This document shows positions 51,910 to 60,579 of a DNA stretch of 64,000 bases, piece by piece; position 1 is the first letter of the stretch, and each line of letters starts with the position of its first letter. The stretch covers positions 138,494 to 202,493 of the forward strand of contig JBHJGM010000004.1 of NCBI GenBank assembly GCA_050331815.1, read 5' to 3'. The stretch is from Opitutales bacterium. GTDB lineage: Bacteria > Verrucomicrobiota > Verrucomicrobiia > Opitutales > JBHJGM01. The notes beneath the pieces are model-generated. The model was not told where the DNA came from and did no database searches. It saw only the letters and a program-made list of their open reading frames with translations. Made by a program: the position numbers and the translations under genes.

Positions 51910-52908
51910 CTAGTCGATGGCAGCGATGGCGGTTTCGCTCAGTTTGCCCTGGAAGCCCAGGCGGGGCGCATCGCCGCCAAGAGCCCGGGCGATGGTCGTC
52001 ACATTGTGGTCGATCATGCCGACGTAGGTGCCTTCGTAGGTGCCGGCCGGCCCCATCGCATCGGAAAACAGTTGCCCGCCGACTTCCACTCGATGCCCGC
52101 GGGCGGCGGCCCCCTCGATCAACGCGCGCACGTTGCGGTCGGCCACCGAGCTTTCCACAAAGACCGCCGGGATTTTTCGCGCCACGAGAAAGTCGACCAG
52201 TTTTTCGATATCGCGGACGCCTGCTTCGGACTCTGTGCTTAGCCCCTGGATGCCGTGGACCTCCAAACCGTAGGCGCGCCCCATGTAGCCGAACGCATCG
52301 TGCGCGGACACCAGCACGCGCTGCCCTTCTGGAATCGAGGCCAGGGTCTGCCGCGCGTAGGTGTCGAGTTCGGCCAGCGTGGCCTGATAGGCATCAGCGT
52401 TGGCTGTGTAAGCGTCTGCGTGGGCGGGGTCGAAGTCGCTTAGGCTGTCGCGGACAACGGCCACCGCGCGCTTCCAGCCGGTAACATCCATCCACACGTG
52501 CGGATCATAATGCGCCTCGGCATCGGCCAACACATAATCGCCCTGCTCCAGAATGGCCTCGGTCACCGCGAAGACCGGCTTGCCCTCGCGGGCCATCTTC
52601 ACAAGCACGTCGCCCATCTTTCCTTCCAGCAGCAGGCCGTTGTAAAAAATAACGTCCGCCTGGGTCAGCGAGACCACGTCGGCGCGCGTGGGTTTGTACA
52701 GGTGGGGGTCCACGCCTTCGCCGATAATGCCGTGCACCTGCGCCTGTTCCCCGGCGACCTGCCGCACAATGTCGGCCACCATGCCGACGGTGGTCGTCAC
52801 CGCGTAGGGGTACTCCGCTGGACCGTCCGCAGCCGTTTGCTTCTGGGTGCAGCCCGCCAACGCCAGCCCTGCGGCCATGGTTATGATGTGTATTAGCCCA
52901 AGTCGCAT
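51910..52908 (-). CDS. Metal-binding lipoprotein (TroA/cluster A-I)
   Basis: LAGC lipobox; DPHLY, DPHVW, HDAF, FSDAMG ligand motifs. Confidence 0.95.
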   Translation of the reverse strand: MRLGLIHIITMAAGLALAGCTQKQTAADGPAEYPYAVTTTVGMVADIVRQVAGEQAQVHGIIGEGVDPHLYKPTRADVVSLTQADVIFYNGLLLEGKMGDVLVKMAREGKPVFAVTEAILEQGDYVLADAEAHYDPHVWMDVTGWKRAVAVVRDSLSDFDPAHADAYTANADAYQATLAELDTYARQTLASIPEGQRVLVSAHDAFGYMGRAYGLEVHGIQGLSTESEAGVRDIEKLVDFLVARKIPAVFVESSVADRNVRALIEGAAARGHRVEVGGQLFSDAMGPAGTYEGTYVGMIDHNVTTIARALGGDAPRLGFQGKLSETAIAAID

Positions 52909-52924
52909 CTTTGAATTATCAAAG
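52909..52924. promoter_or_regulatory. Palindromic operator 1 (CTTTGA-ATTA-TCAAAG)
   Basis: Perfect 6-bp inverted arms abutting the troA-like start codon. Confidence 0.75.
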
Positions 52925-52975
52925 TCGACGGACTGAGTTGCTGAGTCAAGTGAAATTTGAGGTGGCCAGCGAAAC

Positions 52976-52993
52976 ACTTTGACAACTCAAAGT
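52976..52993. promoter_or_regulatory. Palindromic operator 2 (ACTTTGA-CAAC-TCAAAGT)
   Basis: Perfect 7-bp inverted arms with the same 4-nt spacer, just upstream of the regulator's SD. Confidence 0.78.
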
Positions 52994-53007
52994 AGAGAGG
53001 GTAGGAA

Positions 53008-53702
53008 ATGCCGAAACCCTGAGCAGCATCACCAGCACTGTCGAAAACTACCTCAAGGCCATCTGGAGCCTCAGTGAGGACACCCACTCGCCTTCGCCCG
53101 AGCTCGTGCCGCTGGGCCGGCTTTCGGAGCGGCTTCAGGTCACGCCGGGCACCGTCACCACCATGATGCGCCACCTGCAGCAACGTGGGCTGGTCGACTA
53201 TCAACCGCGTCGCGGGGTCTCGCTGACGGATCTAGGGCGCGCGGAGGCGGTCAAGGTGCTGCGGCGGCATCGCATCATCGAGCTCTTTCTGGTGCGGGTG
53301 ATGCGCCTTGATTGGGCCGATGTGCACCCCGAGGCTGAGGCGCTCGAGCACGCCGTTTCCGACATCCTCCTGGAGCGCATGGACGAGATGCTCGGACGCC
53401 CCACGCACGACCCCCACGGCGACCCCATCCCCGACGCCACCGGCGAGCTGCCCGCAGAGCGCGCACGGCCCCTGTCCGAATGCGAGCCCGGTAAGTACAG
53501 GATGGTGCGTGTTCTCGGCAACGACGCCCCCTTTTTGAACTGGTTGACCGAACGCGGATTCAAGCCTGGCAGCCGCTTCAGTATCGACACCCTCGACCCC
53601 CAAGGCGGCACACTGACCCTCAAGCGTGCCCGCCCGCAAAAAACCGAGCACACCCTCAGCCTTGATGCCGCGCGCAACCTCCTCGTGGAGGAAGCCCTGT
53701 AA
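53008..53702 (+). CDS. DtxR/MntR/TroR-family metal-dependent repressor with FeoA-like C-terminus; start anomalous (frameshift after codon 4, or CTG start at 53019)
   Basis: In-frame STVENYLKAIW upstream of the ORF-track start; HTH VTPGTVTTM; RRHRIIELFL, EAEALEHAVS, DPHGDPIP. Confidence 0.88.
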
Positions 53703-53773
53703 ACGCACTGGCTGCATTGGCCTTGCGAAAGCGGCGCGCGGCCTAAAAGCTAAAAAATTCCATGCCCATCCAG

Positions 53774-53860
53774 GCCCGGGTGGCGGAACTGGCAGACGCA
53801 CTGGACTTAGGATCCAGTGAGCTTCGGCTCGTGCGGGTTCGAGTCCCGCCCCGGGCACCA
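53774..53860 (+). tRNA. tRNA-Leu (anticodon TAG)
   Basis: GCCCGGG/CCCGGGC acceptor stem, D-loop TGGCAGA, anticodon arm CTGGA-CTTAGGA-TCCAG, long variable arm, GGTTCGAGTCC, encoded CCA. Confidence 0.97.
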
Positions 53861-53894
53861 CCCGTTCGTTAATTGCAACACCTCCCGTATTCGC

Positions 53895-54305
53895 ATGAAA
53901 CGCCGAAAACGCATGCAGTTTTGGGGCCGCGATGAGAATGATGATTCGCTCGTGTGCGAAATTGAACGCGGGGAAAAAACCGCGACCGTCTGCAAAGCCG
54001 ATACATACAACGACACCGATGGCGACTACGACGATGGGGGCTGCGAAGTCGGTGAATTGGTGGATGTTTATGACCTGAAGAAAAACCTCAGATGCACCAT
54101 AGAGATCACCGCTGTCTACCGGGTGAACTGGTCCGAGATTCCGGAGAAACTGTGGCGTGGCGAAGCCTGCAGGAGCGCGCAACACTTTAAGGATGCCCAC
54201 ATCGCCTGCTGGCCGGAGTACGACATCACCGACGATTTTGAAATGATGGCCACCCACTTCAATCTGATCGAAGTGCATGGACCTCCCAAAGAAATGCGTG
54301 AGTGA
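53895..54305 (+). CDS. ASCH domain protein
   Basis: L...I..GEKTAT, VG..V.V.D....RC.IEIT.V....W....GE; start 53895 or 53913. Confidence 0.82.
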   Translation: MKRRKRMQFWGRDENDDSLVCEIERGEKTATVCKADTYNDTDGDYDDGGCEVGELVDVYDLKKNLRCTIEITAVYRVNWSEIPEKLWRGEACRSAQHFKDAHIACWPEYDITDDFEMMATHFNLIEVHGPPKEMRE

Positions 54306-54738
54306 GTCTCGCGCGGCTTTGTTTGTTCTGACGATGGGGTAACAGGCCGCGAAAAAATTGTCGCCCCTTGTAATCTTCGCCGGCCTCGGTGCGTACTGGG
54401 CTGTGTAAACCACCAAAAAACCACACACAGCCATGAAACGACGGATTTTCGACGCGCTCTTTTCGACTGATTGAGCCGTTGAGTGACCAGGGGCGATTCG
54501 CAAATGGTGAAGGGCAGGGCCCTTCTGGCGAAAAACCGCATGGGTCCAAGTACACCTGACATACGGGCACGTGCACGCATAAAATAGTGTAGGACAGTGG
54601 GTTGTGAAGTGCGGTTTTATTTACCGCGATGTAACAGAGTTGGCCTGTCCGTTACACCCGAAACGGAAGTTTTACCCTAGGGTGCTTGCCCACAGAGGGC
54701 TCGGGTCTAGCCTCATCCACGTCATCCGATCACCTGAT

Positions 54739-54912
54739 ATGCAACCTATCGACTTCAACATCATCTCTGTCCTGATGGATCTGCGGACAGGCCTGATGGA
54801 GACGGTCACCTTAATGCCGGGCCCGGCGGTTTACGCCTTGATCGCCGGCTTCATCATCATCGTACCTGGCCTGTTCCGGCGCCGTTTTCGCAGGTATATC
54901 TCCATCCATTAG
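54739..54912 (+). CDS. 57-aa membrane micro-protein resembling a stand-alone PEP-CTERM signal
   Basis: MPGPAVYALIAGFIIIVPGLFRRRFRRY; promoter/leader shared with the next gene; own terminator. Confidence 0.6.
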   Translation: MQPIDFNIISVLMDLRTGLMETVTLMPGPAVYALIAGFIIIVPGLFRRRFRRYISIH

Positions 54913-54959
54913 CCACCTAAACGACCGGGCTCAATCACCTCGGTCTATTGCCCGTAGCC

Positions 54960-54996
54960 AAAGGGTGTCTGTCTCAGCGGAGGCAGGCACCCTTTT
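54960..54996 (+). terminator. Rho-independent terminator after the micro-ORF
   Basis: AAAGGGTGTCTGTCTC-AGCG-GAGGCAGGCACCCTTTT. Confidence 0.8.
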
Positions 54997-55201
54997 GCGT
55001 TGGTGAGCAACACCAGTAATGGATGCATAAACACCTGCCAGCCAATGGCTTTGTCACCTCAAAAGGAATCCCCATTTTCAGGAAAGTGTAACACACGCGT
55101 CACTTCTTTAACCACGATTTAACGCTAGGGTGATTGCCTGCAGTTCCGTGAGAACCCATTATTCCATGCATCCAACCGTCCACACCATCCAATCACCTGT
55201 C

Positions 55202-56086
55202 ATGCACCAATCACACTCTCGCCGGAGCCGGCTACGGCTTGGGGCTGGGCTCGCATGCGCCCTGCTCCTGCCTTGTGCCCTCACGGCCCAATCGTTTCTT
55301 CAAAATGCCCAGGGCTTTTCCGTCCTGGTTGAAAACAATCTGAACAACCTGAACAACTCCACCATCTTCGGCCTGACCGGGGTCGGTGGAAACATCTCCG
55401 GCAACAACTCATCCCTCGGCTCGGGCTTGTCTGGCTCCGAATCGCCGCTGCAACTGGGCGGCATCAACAACGCAAACAACTTCACGTTCCTAGGTAGCGG
55501 TGCGATCATCGCTCCGGTCACGCCGATTACGGACCTCTTCAACACCGGTCCGAACGCGCTCGATCAAGCTTCGATGGATCTGGTGGCGCTCGGCGGCACC
55601 GTTGTGACGCCCAGCGGCGGCGCGCTCACCTTCGCCGGCGGCGCGGGCCAAAACGTCTTCGAAGTCGATCTCAACGACTTCAACAACAACAACACGCTCA
55701 ACATCTTCGTACCCACCGCGAGCGACAGCGTCATCATCAACGTGGTCAATTCCGGGGCCTCTGCCAACATCCAGAACAAGACCTTCAACCTGACCGGCGC
55801 GGCCACCGCCGAAAACGTCCTGCTGAATTTCGCAGGCGGTTTTGCCGAAGTCGTCAACATCGGGGGCGTCATCCCGGCCACCATCCTGGCACCGGACTCC
55901 GACGCGGTAAACCTGAACAACTCGAACATCGGTGGGCAGTTGATCGTTGAGCAGATCAACAACGCCAACGGCACGATGTTCGTAGGTACGGCCTTCGTTC
56001 CGGAGCCTTCGACCTATGCGGCCATCTTTGGCGGGGTGGTCTTCGTGCTCGCCATCGGACGCCGGCTTTTCTTGCGCCGCTACTAG
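55202..56086 (+). CDS. Choice-of-anchor-A-like PEP-CTERM protein (Asn-rich)
   Basis: Signal peptide; NVFEV, SVIINV, ENVLLNF, ATILAP, GGQLIV; VPEPSTYAAIFGG...RR. Confidence 0.85.
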   Translation: MHQSHSRRSRLRLGAGLACALLLPCALTAQSFLQNAQGFSVLVENNLNNLNNSTIFGLTGVGGNISGNNSSLGSGLSGSESPLQLGGINNANNFTFLGSGAIIAPVTPITDLFNTGPNALDQASMDLVALGGTVVTPSGGALTFAGGAGQNVFEVDLNDFNNNNTLNIFVPTASDSVIINVVNSGASANIQNKTFNLTGAATAENVLLNFAGGFAEVVNIGGVIPATILAPDSDAVNLNNSNIGGQLIVEQINNANGTMFVGTAFVPEPSTYAAIFGGVVFVLAIGRRLFLRRY

Positions 56087-56138
56087 CCACGCAGCGCATT
56101 TTTATCATCATCTCGTCACTGTTACGCCTGCGCTTGCC

Positions 56139-56174
56139 AAGGGGGCGGTCCCATACCGGGGCCGCCTCTTTTTT
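56139..56174 (+). terminator. Rho-independent terminator
   Basis: AAGGGGGCGGTCCC...GGGGCCGCCTCTT followed by T-run. Confidence 0.8.
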
Positions 56175-56288
56175 ATGGCGGCGCTTCCATGCACGGCGCT
56201 GCGGGCTTGTCAGCGGCAGGCGGCGTCCGCGTAGTAGAACCTGCACACCGCCCCTTGTATTTGACCCATCGACCGACGGCTTACGGTT

Positions 56289-57791
56289 ATGCGCATTCTC
56301 TACATCGATATCGACTCGCTTCGCCCCGACCACCTCGGCTGTTACGGCTACCACCGCGACACCAGCCCCAACATCGACCGCATTGCGGCTCAGGGGGTGC
56401 GCTTTACCAACTGCTATACGCCCGACGCGCCCTGCCTGCCTTCGCGCACGGCGCTTTTTGCTGGGCGCACGGGCTTCCACACCGGGGTGGTGAACCACGG
56501 TGGCGTGGCTGGTCAGCCGTTCATCGAGGGGCCCGAGCGTGCCTTTCGCGATCGTTTTGGCATGACCAGCTTCATCGCGGCGCTTAAAAACCACGGCCTG
56601 CACACCTGCACGCTCAGCCCCTTTGGCGAGCGCCACAGCGCCTGGCACTGGTACGCCGGTTTCAACGAAGTGCACAATCCCGGCAAGGGCGGCATGGAAA
56701 ACGCCGACGAGGTCTCGCCCCTGGCCGTGGATTGGATTCAGCGCAACGCCGCCCAGAAAAAAGACTGGTTTCTGCACATGAATTTCTGGGATCCGCACAC
56801 CCCGTACCGTGTCCCCCTCGACTTTGGTGACCCCTTCCAGGACGAGCCCATCCCCGACTGGCTGACCGAAGCGGTCCGCGCCGACCACTGGAGCCGCCCC
56901 GGTCCGCACTCGGCCCGGGAAGTTCTGGGCTGGGACCCCGACCGCTCCTGGCCACCGCGCGAAGATCGCGAGCAGCGCTTTCCCCGCCAGCCGGGCGAAA
57001 TTCCCTCCATGGCCGCGGTGCGGCAGATGTTCGACGGCTACGACACCGGGGTGCGCTACGCTGATGCCCACCTTGGGAAGGTACTCGAGGCTCTGGAGCA
57101 GGCCGGCGTCCTCGAGGATACCTGGATCATTCTCTCGGCCGATCACGGCGAGAACCTCGGCGAACTCAACATCTACGGAGATCACCAAACCGCCGACCAG
57201 ATTACTTGCAACATCCCCATGATCGTCAAGATGCCCGGCGTGACCGACGCGCAGGCAGGCCGGGTCGATGCTAGCCTCATTTACCATTTCGATGTGGCAG
57301 CCACCGTAATGGAACTGCTCGGCATCGAGGCCCAGCCCCATTGGGATGGCCTATCCTTCGCCGAAAACCTGAAATCCGAGTCCGAGGCGGCCCTGCGTGA
57401 CACCGTCGTCGTCTCCCAAAACGCCTGGAGCTGCCAGCGCGGCGTCCGCTGGGACCACTGGATGCTGGTGCGCTCCTATCACGAGGGTTATCACGGCTTC
57501 CCGGATTTGATGCTGTTTGACCTGGCCAACGATCCGCACGAACAGCACAACCTGGCCGAAAGTCATCCGGAGGTGGTCGGGGAGGGGCTCAAACGCCTCG
57601 ACGCCTGGGTCACCGACCAGTTAAAAACCGCGACCGATGCCATCGATCCGATGCAGACCGTGCTGGCAGAGGGCGGGGCGTTTCACACCCGCGGGATGCT
57701 GCCCACTTATCTGGAGCGTCTGCGCGCCACGGATCGGGGACAATGGGCCGACTGGCTGACCGAAAAGCATCCAGACGAAGCAAACGTCTAA
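56289..57791 (+). CDS. Formylglycine-dependent sulfatase, no signal peptide
   Basis: IDIDSLRPDHLGCYGY, CLPSR..L..GR, WDPHTPY, SADHGE. Confidence 0.93.
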   Translation: MRILYIDIDSLRPDHLGCYGYHRDTSPNIDRIAAQGVRFTNCYTPDAPCLPSRTALFAGRTGFHTGVVNHGGVAGQPFIEGPERAFRDRFGMTSFIAALKNHGLHTCTLSPFGERHSAWHWYAGFNEVHNPGKGGMENADEVSPLAVDWIQRNAAQKKDWFLHMNFWDPHTPYRVPLDFGDPFQDEPIPDWLTEAVRADHWSRPGPHSAREVLGWDPDRSWPPREDREQRFPRQPGEIPSMAAVRQMFDGYDTGVRYADAHLGKVLEALEQAGVLEDTWIILSADHGENLGELNIYGDHQTADQITCNIPMIVKMPGVTDAQAGRVDASLIYHFDVAATVMELLGIEAQPHWDGLSFAENLKSESEAALRDTVVVSQNAWSCQRGVRWDHWMLVRSYHEGYHGFPDLMLFDLANDPHEQHNLAESHPEVVGEGLKRLDAWVTDQLKTATDAIDPMQTVLAEGGAFHTRGMLPTYLERLRATDRGQWADWLTEKHPDEANV

Positions 57792-58034
57792 CGTGGGTAC
57801 CTAACTTACTGCATTTAAAGCGCTTATAGTCAGGATAAGCGCGGCTTGCAGGTGTCGGCGCATAGGGTTGAACCCTTAGCTGCGCCCTCGGTGAGTCCCT
57901 GATCCCTATGGAGATCAGCGGAAATTTCTGGAAAACCTAGGACTTTTAAGGTTTTGTGTAGTCACTTTTGCGGGACCTTCTCGCAAGGGCTTCCCCCGAG
58001 TCTTCTGATTAAAACCCCTGAACATTTCCTGACC

Positions 58035-58691
58035 ATGCGTCTGTCTGTTTTCCTGATTGCAACGAGCGCGCTCGTGTCCCTGAGCGCCAACGCGGCCATC
58101 ACCGGCATGTCCGGCCAGATGGCTTTCGACGAAACCCCCGGTTCCTACGAGGATACCGATGTCATCATGGCTTTTGACGAGCAGCAGCACGTCAAGCTGA
58201 AGAAGCACCTCAAGGTCGACTGGGAACTCTCCCCGGCTTTCGACGGCAACCTGAACAACAAGATTGCCGAGGGCCTGCACGTTTCCAGCCACTACTTCTA
58301 CCTGAAGACTGAAGGCTGCTTTAGCTCGGAAAACGCCTGGGGCCACGCCGACTTCGATGGCAAAATCCTCGGCGTCATCTTCAGCAAGCACAAGATGAAC
58401 AAGGCTGTTGAGCACGTAGGCCTGCAGGACATCGATTATCCCGGAGGCCTTTTCTCGGGCTCGAGCAGCCTGACCCAGGACGATATCCAAATCACCGACA
58501 ACGGCTACGGCGCCACTATGAAGATGAACGTGCACCGCATCTTCTGCGTCGGCGGTTATGATGCCATGCGCGTCATCACCCACGCCACCAAGGGCACCGT
58601 CATTCCAGAGCCCTCCACCTGGGCTTTCCTCGCCGGCTTTGGCGGCTTCCTTGGCCTGAGCCTGCGTCGCCGTCACCGCAAAAATGCCTAA
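58035..58691 (+). CDS. PEP-CTERM protein, paralogue 1 (Lys/His-rich)
   Basis: Signal peptide; IPEPSTWAFLAGFGG...RRRHRK. Confidence 0.92.
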   Translation: MRLSVFLIATSALVSLSANAAITGMSGQMAFDETPGSYEDTDVIMAFDEQQHVKLKKHLKVDWELSPAFDGNLNNKIAEGLHVSSHYFYLKTEGCFSSENAWGHADFDGKILGVIFSKHKMNKAVEHVGLQDIDYPGGLFSGSSSLTQDDIQITDNGYGATMKMNVHRIFCVGGYDAMRVITHATKGTVIPEPSTWAFLAGFGGFLGLSLRRRHRKNA

Positions 58692-58818
58692 GGCACGGAG
58701 AATTTGATTTTCAGGGCCGCCCGCGCTTGCGCATGCAGCGCGGGCGGCTGCCTGCCCCAAAAACTTTCCCCACCCAATCCTCTCGCATCCCCACCAAACC
58801 ACCCAGCGCTCTCTGCTC

Positions 58819-59484
58819 ATGAAACTATCTGCCTCGAAAATTATTTTCGCCTCCACGCTGCTGCCGATTGCAGCCATGGGCACCATCCTCGAGAAATCGG
58901 GCCAGTTGCAGTACGACCTGACCCCAGGGACGTACGAAGTCAGCGGCGCGATTCTGGCCTTCGACGAGCAACAGGACTTTCTGCTGACCGAGGATCTCCT
59001 CGTGGACCAGGAAATGGCCCCGGCCTGGGACGGCCTCGAGGACGGCAAGATCGCCGCGGGCACCTACGTCAGTAGCCACTACTTTTACCTGAAGGACGAC
59101 AGCTATTTCGGCCTGACCAGCGCCAGCGGCAGCGTCACCTTTGATGGCCTGATTCTGGGCGTGATTTATCAGACGCCCCAAGTCTGGGCCAGCGATGCGA
59201 TCCTCGGGCTGGACGGCGTGGCCTATCCGGAGCATGGCATCGGCGGTTCGAGCACCTTCTGGCAGGACGCCGCCGAAATGAATACCGACCCCAACGGGCT
59301 GACCCTGAACATGCACGTGAACCGGTACTTTGGCACCGGCGGCTACGATGCGCTGCGCGTCATCACCCTTTCCAACAAAAGTGTTTCCCTGCCCGAACCC
59401 TCCACCTGGGCCTTCCTGGGCGGCTTTCTCGCGCTGGTGGGCGTGTCTGTCTGGCGCAAGCGCCGTGCGCAACGCGCGGCCTGA
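58819..59484 (+). CDS. PEP-CTERM protein, paralogue 2 (acidic)
   Basis: Signal peptide; LPEPSTWAFLGGF...RKRR; shares AFDEQQ, VSSHYFYLK and GGYDA.RVIT with paralogue 1. Confidence 0.92.
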   Translation: MKLSASKIIFASTLLPIAAMGTILEKSGQLQYDLTPGTYEVSGAILAFDEQQDFLLTEDLLVDQEMAPAWDGLEDGKIAAGTYVSSHYFYLKDDSYFGLTSASGSVTFDGLILGVIYQTPQVWASDAILGLDGVAYPEHGIGGSSTFWQDAAEMNTDPNGLTLNMHVNRYFGTGGYDALRVITLSNKSVSLPEPSTWAFLGGFLALVGVSVWRKRRAQRAA

Positions 59485-59758
59485 ACGTGGTTTGTCAACG
59501 AGAGCCTGTAGCCTACATCACCTCATCCCTGCCGAATCCCTCCAACACAGCATCCCGACCTGCGGGCTCTCCTCCTGTAGTCAAAGCCGTCCCCAGCACA
59601 TGCGGGGGCGGTTTTGCTTTGGTAGGGTGAGACGGACCCCGAAAAACGGCACCGCAGCGCGCCCCCGAGCATAGGCTACTTCGTGGGTTGCTATCCGCTC
59701 AGCAGCTGGATTCGCCCACGCCGAACAGGCGGCGGGGTTGCAGGCTGGCGGCGAAGGT

Positions 59759-60382
59759 TTAGCGGTCCAGGCAAACAACCTGAACGCCCGGGCCGTGCAC
59801 GCCCTCAATCAAGATGCCTTCGACGTCGGCAGTCTTGGAGGGGCCGGTCGCCCAGATGACTGAGGGGTCGTCGCCCAGCTGGGTCACTGCGACGTCGACG
59901 TATTCGACGAGATCCTCAGGATGGAGCAGGGCGATGTGCGTCCAGGGTGCCAGCGCGGCCAGGCGGGCCGAGGTGATCTTGTCCTTAAGGACGACGGTAC
60001 CGGTCTCGGCGATGGCGCCGGCGGCACGGGTGATGCCGAACTGGTACTCATCGACTTTCGCTACCGAAAACTCGGTTTCGAATTCGATGCCATCAAAGTT
60101 GCCCGTGTTGCGCAGGCGTTCGGCCAGGAAGGGGTCGCAATAGCCGAACACCAGCTTTTCGGTGCGCATCCAGTTGGCCAGCTCGGCGAGGTCGTCAACC
60201 GGCGTGCCATTAACCTGCCGCAGGCGGAAAGCAAAAACGTCCCAGGGGCTACCTAGGTCGGGATTGATCGCCATACGCGTCAGTGACGTATCCCATTCGG
60301 GATACGCGGTGAGTCGTTCAGCGGGAATGGGATGCAGCGCTTCGCGAATCGAGCGCAAGATTTGTGCACGATCGTCAGACAT
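59759..60382 (-). CDS. lutC: LutC/YkgG (LUD domain) protein
   Basis: GIT.A..AIAETGT, P..HIA, TGPSKTADVEGILIEGVHGP. Confidence 0.9.
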   Translation of the reverse strand: MSDDRAQILRSIREALHPIPAERLTAYPEWDTSLTRMAINPDLGSPWDVFAFRLRQVNGTPVDDLAELANWMRTEKLVFGYCDPFLAERLRNTGNFDGIEFETEFSVAKVDEYQFGITRAAGAIAETGTVVLKDKITSARLAALAPWTHIALLHPEDLVEYVDVAVTQLGDDPSVIWATGPSKTADVEGILIEGVHGPGVQVVCLDR

Positions 60383-60579
60383 TTCAGGGGGAAGACGACA
60401 GGATTTAGACCGGCAGGCTCGCAATTGTCACAGAAAAGGCAAGGAAGGAATATACATCTTCTTTAGAAAAACCGCTAATGACGGTTTTACCAGTGTGAGA
60501 GCGTTGCTGCCGTAAAAGAAAACGGTGCGCCGTGACCCAGGAAGGAGCCGGTTCAAGCAGGTTTGCCGGGTGCTTTGCT

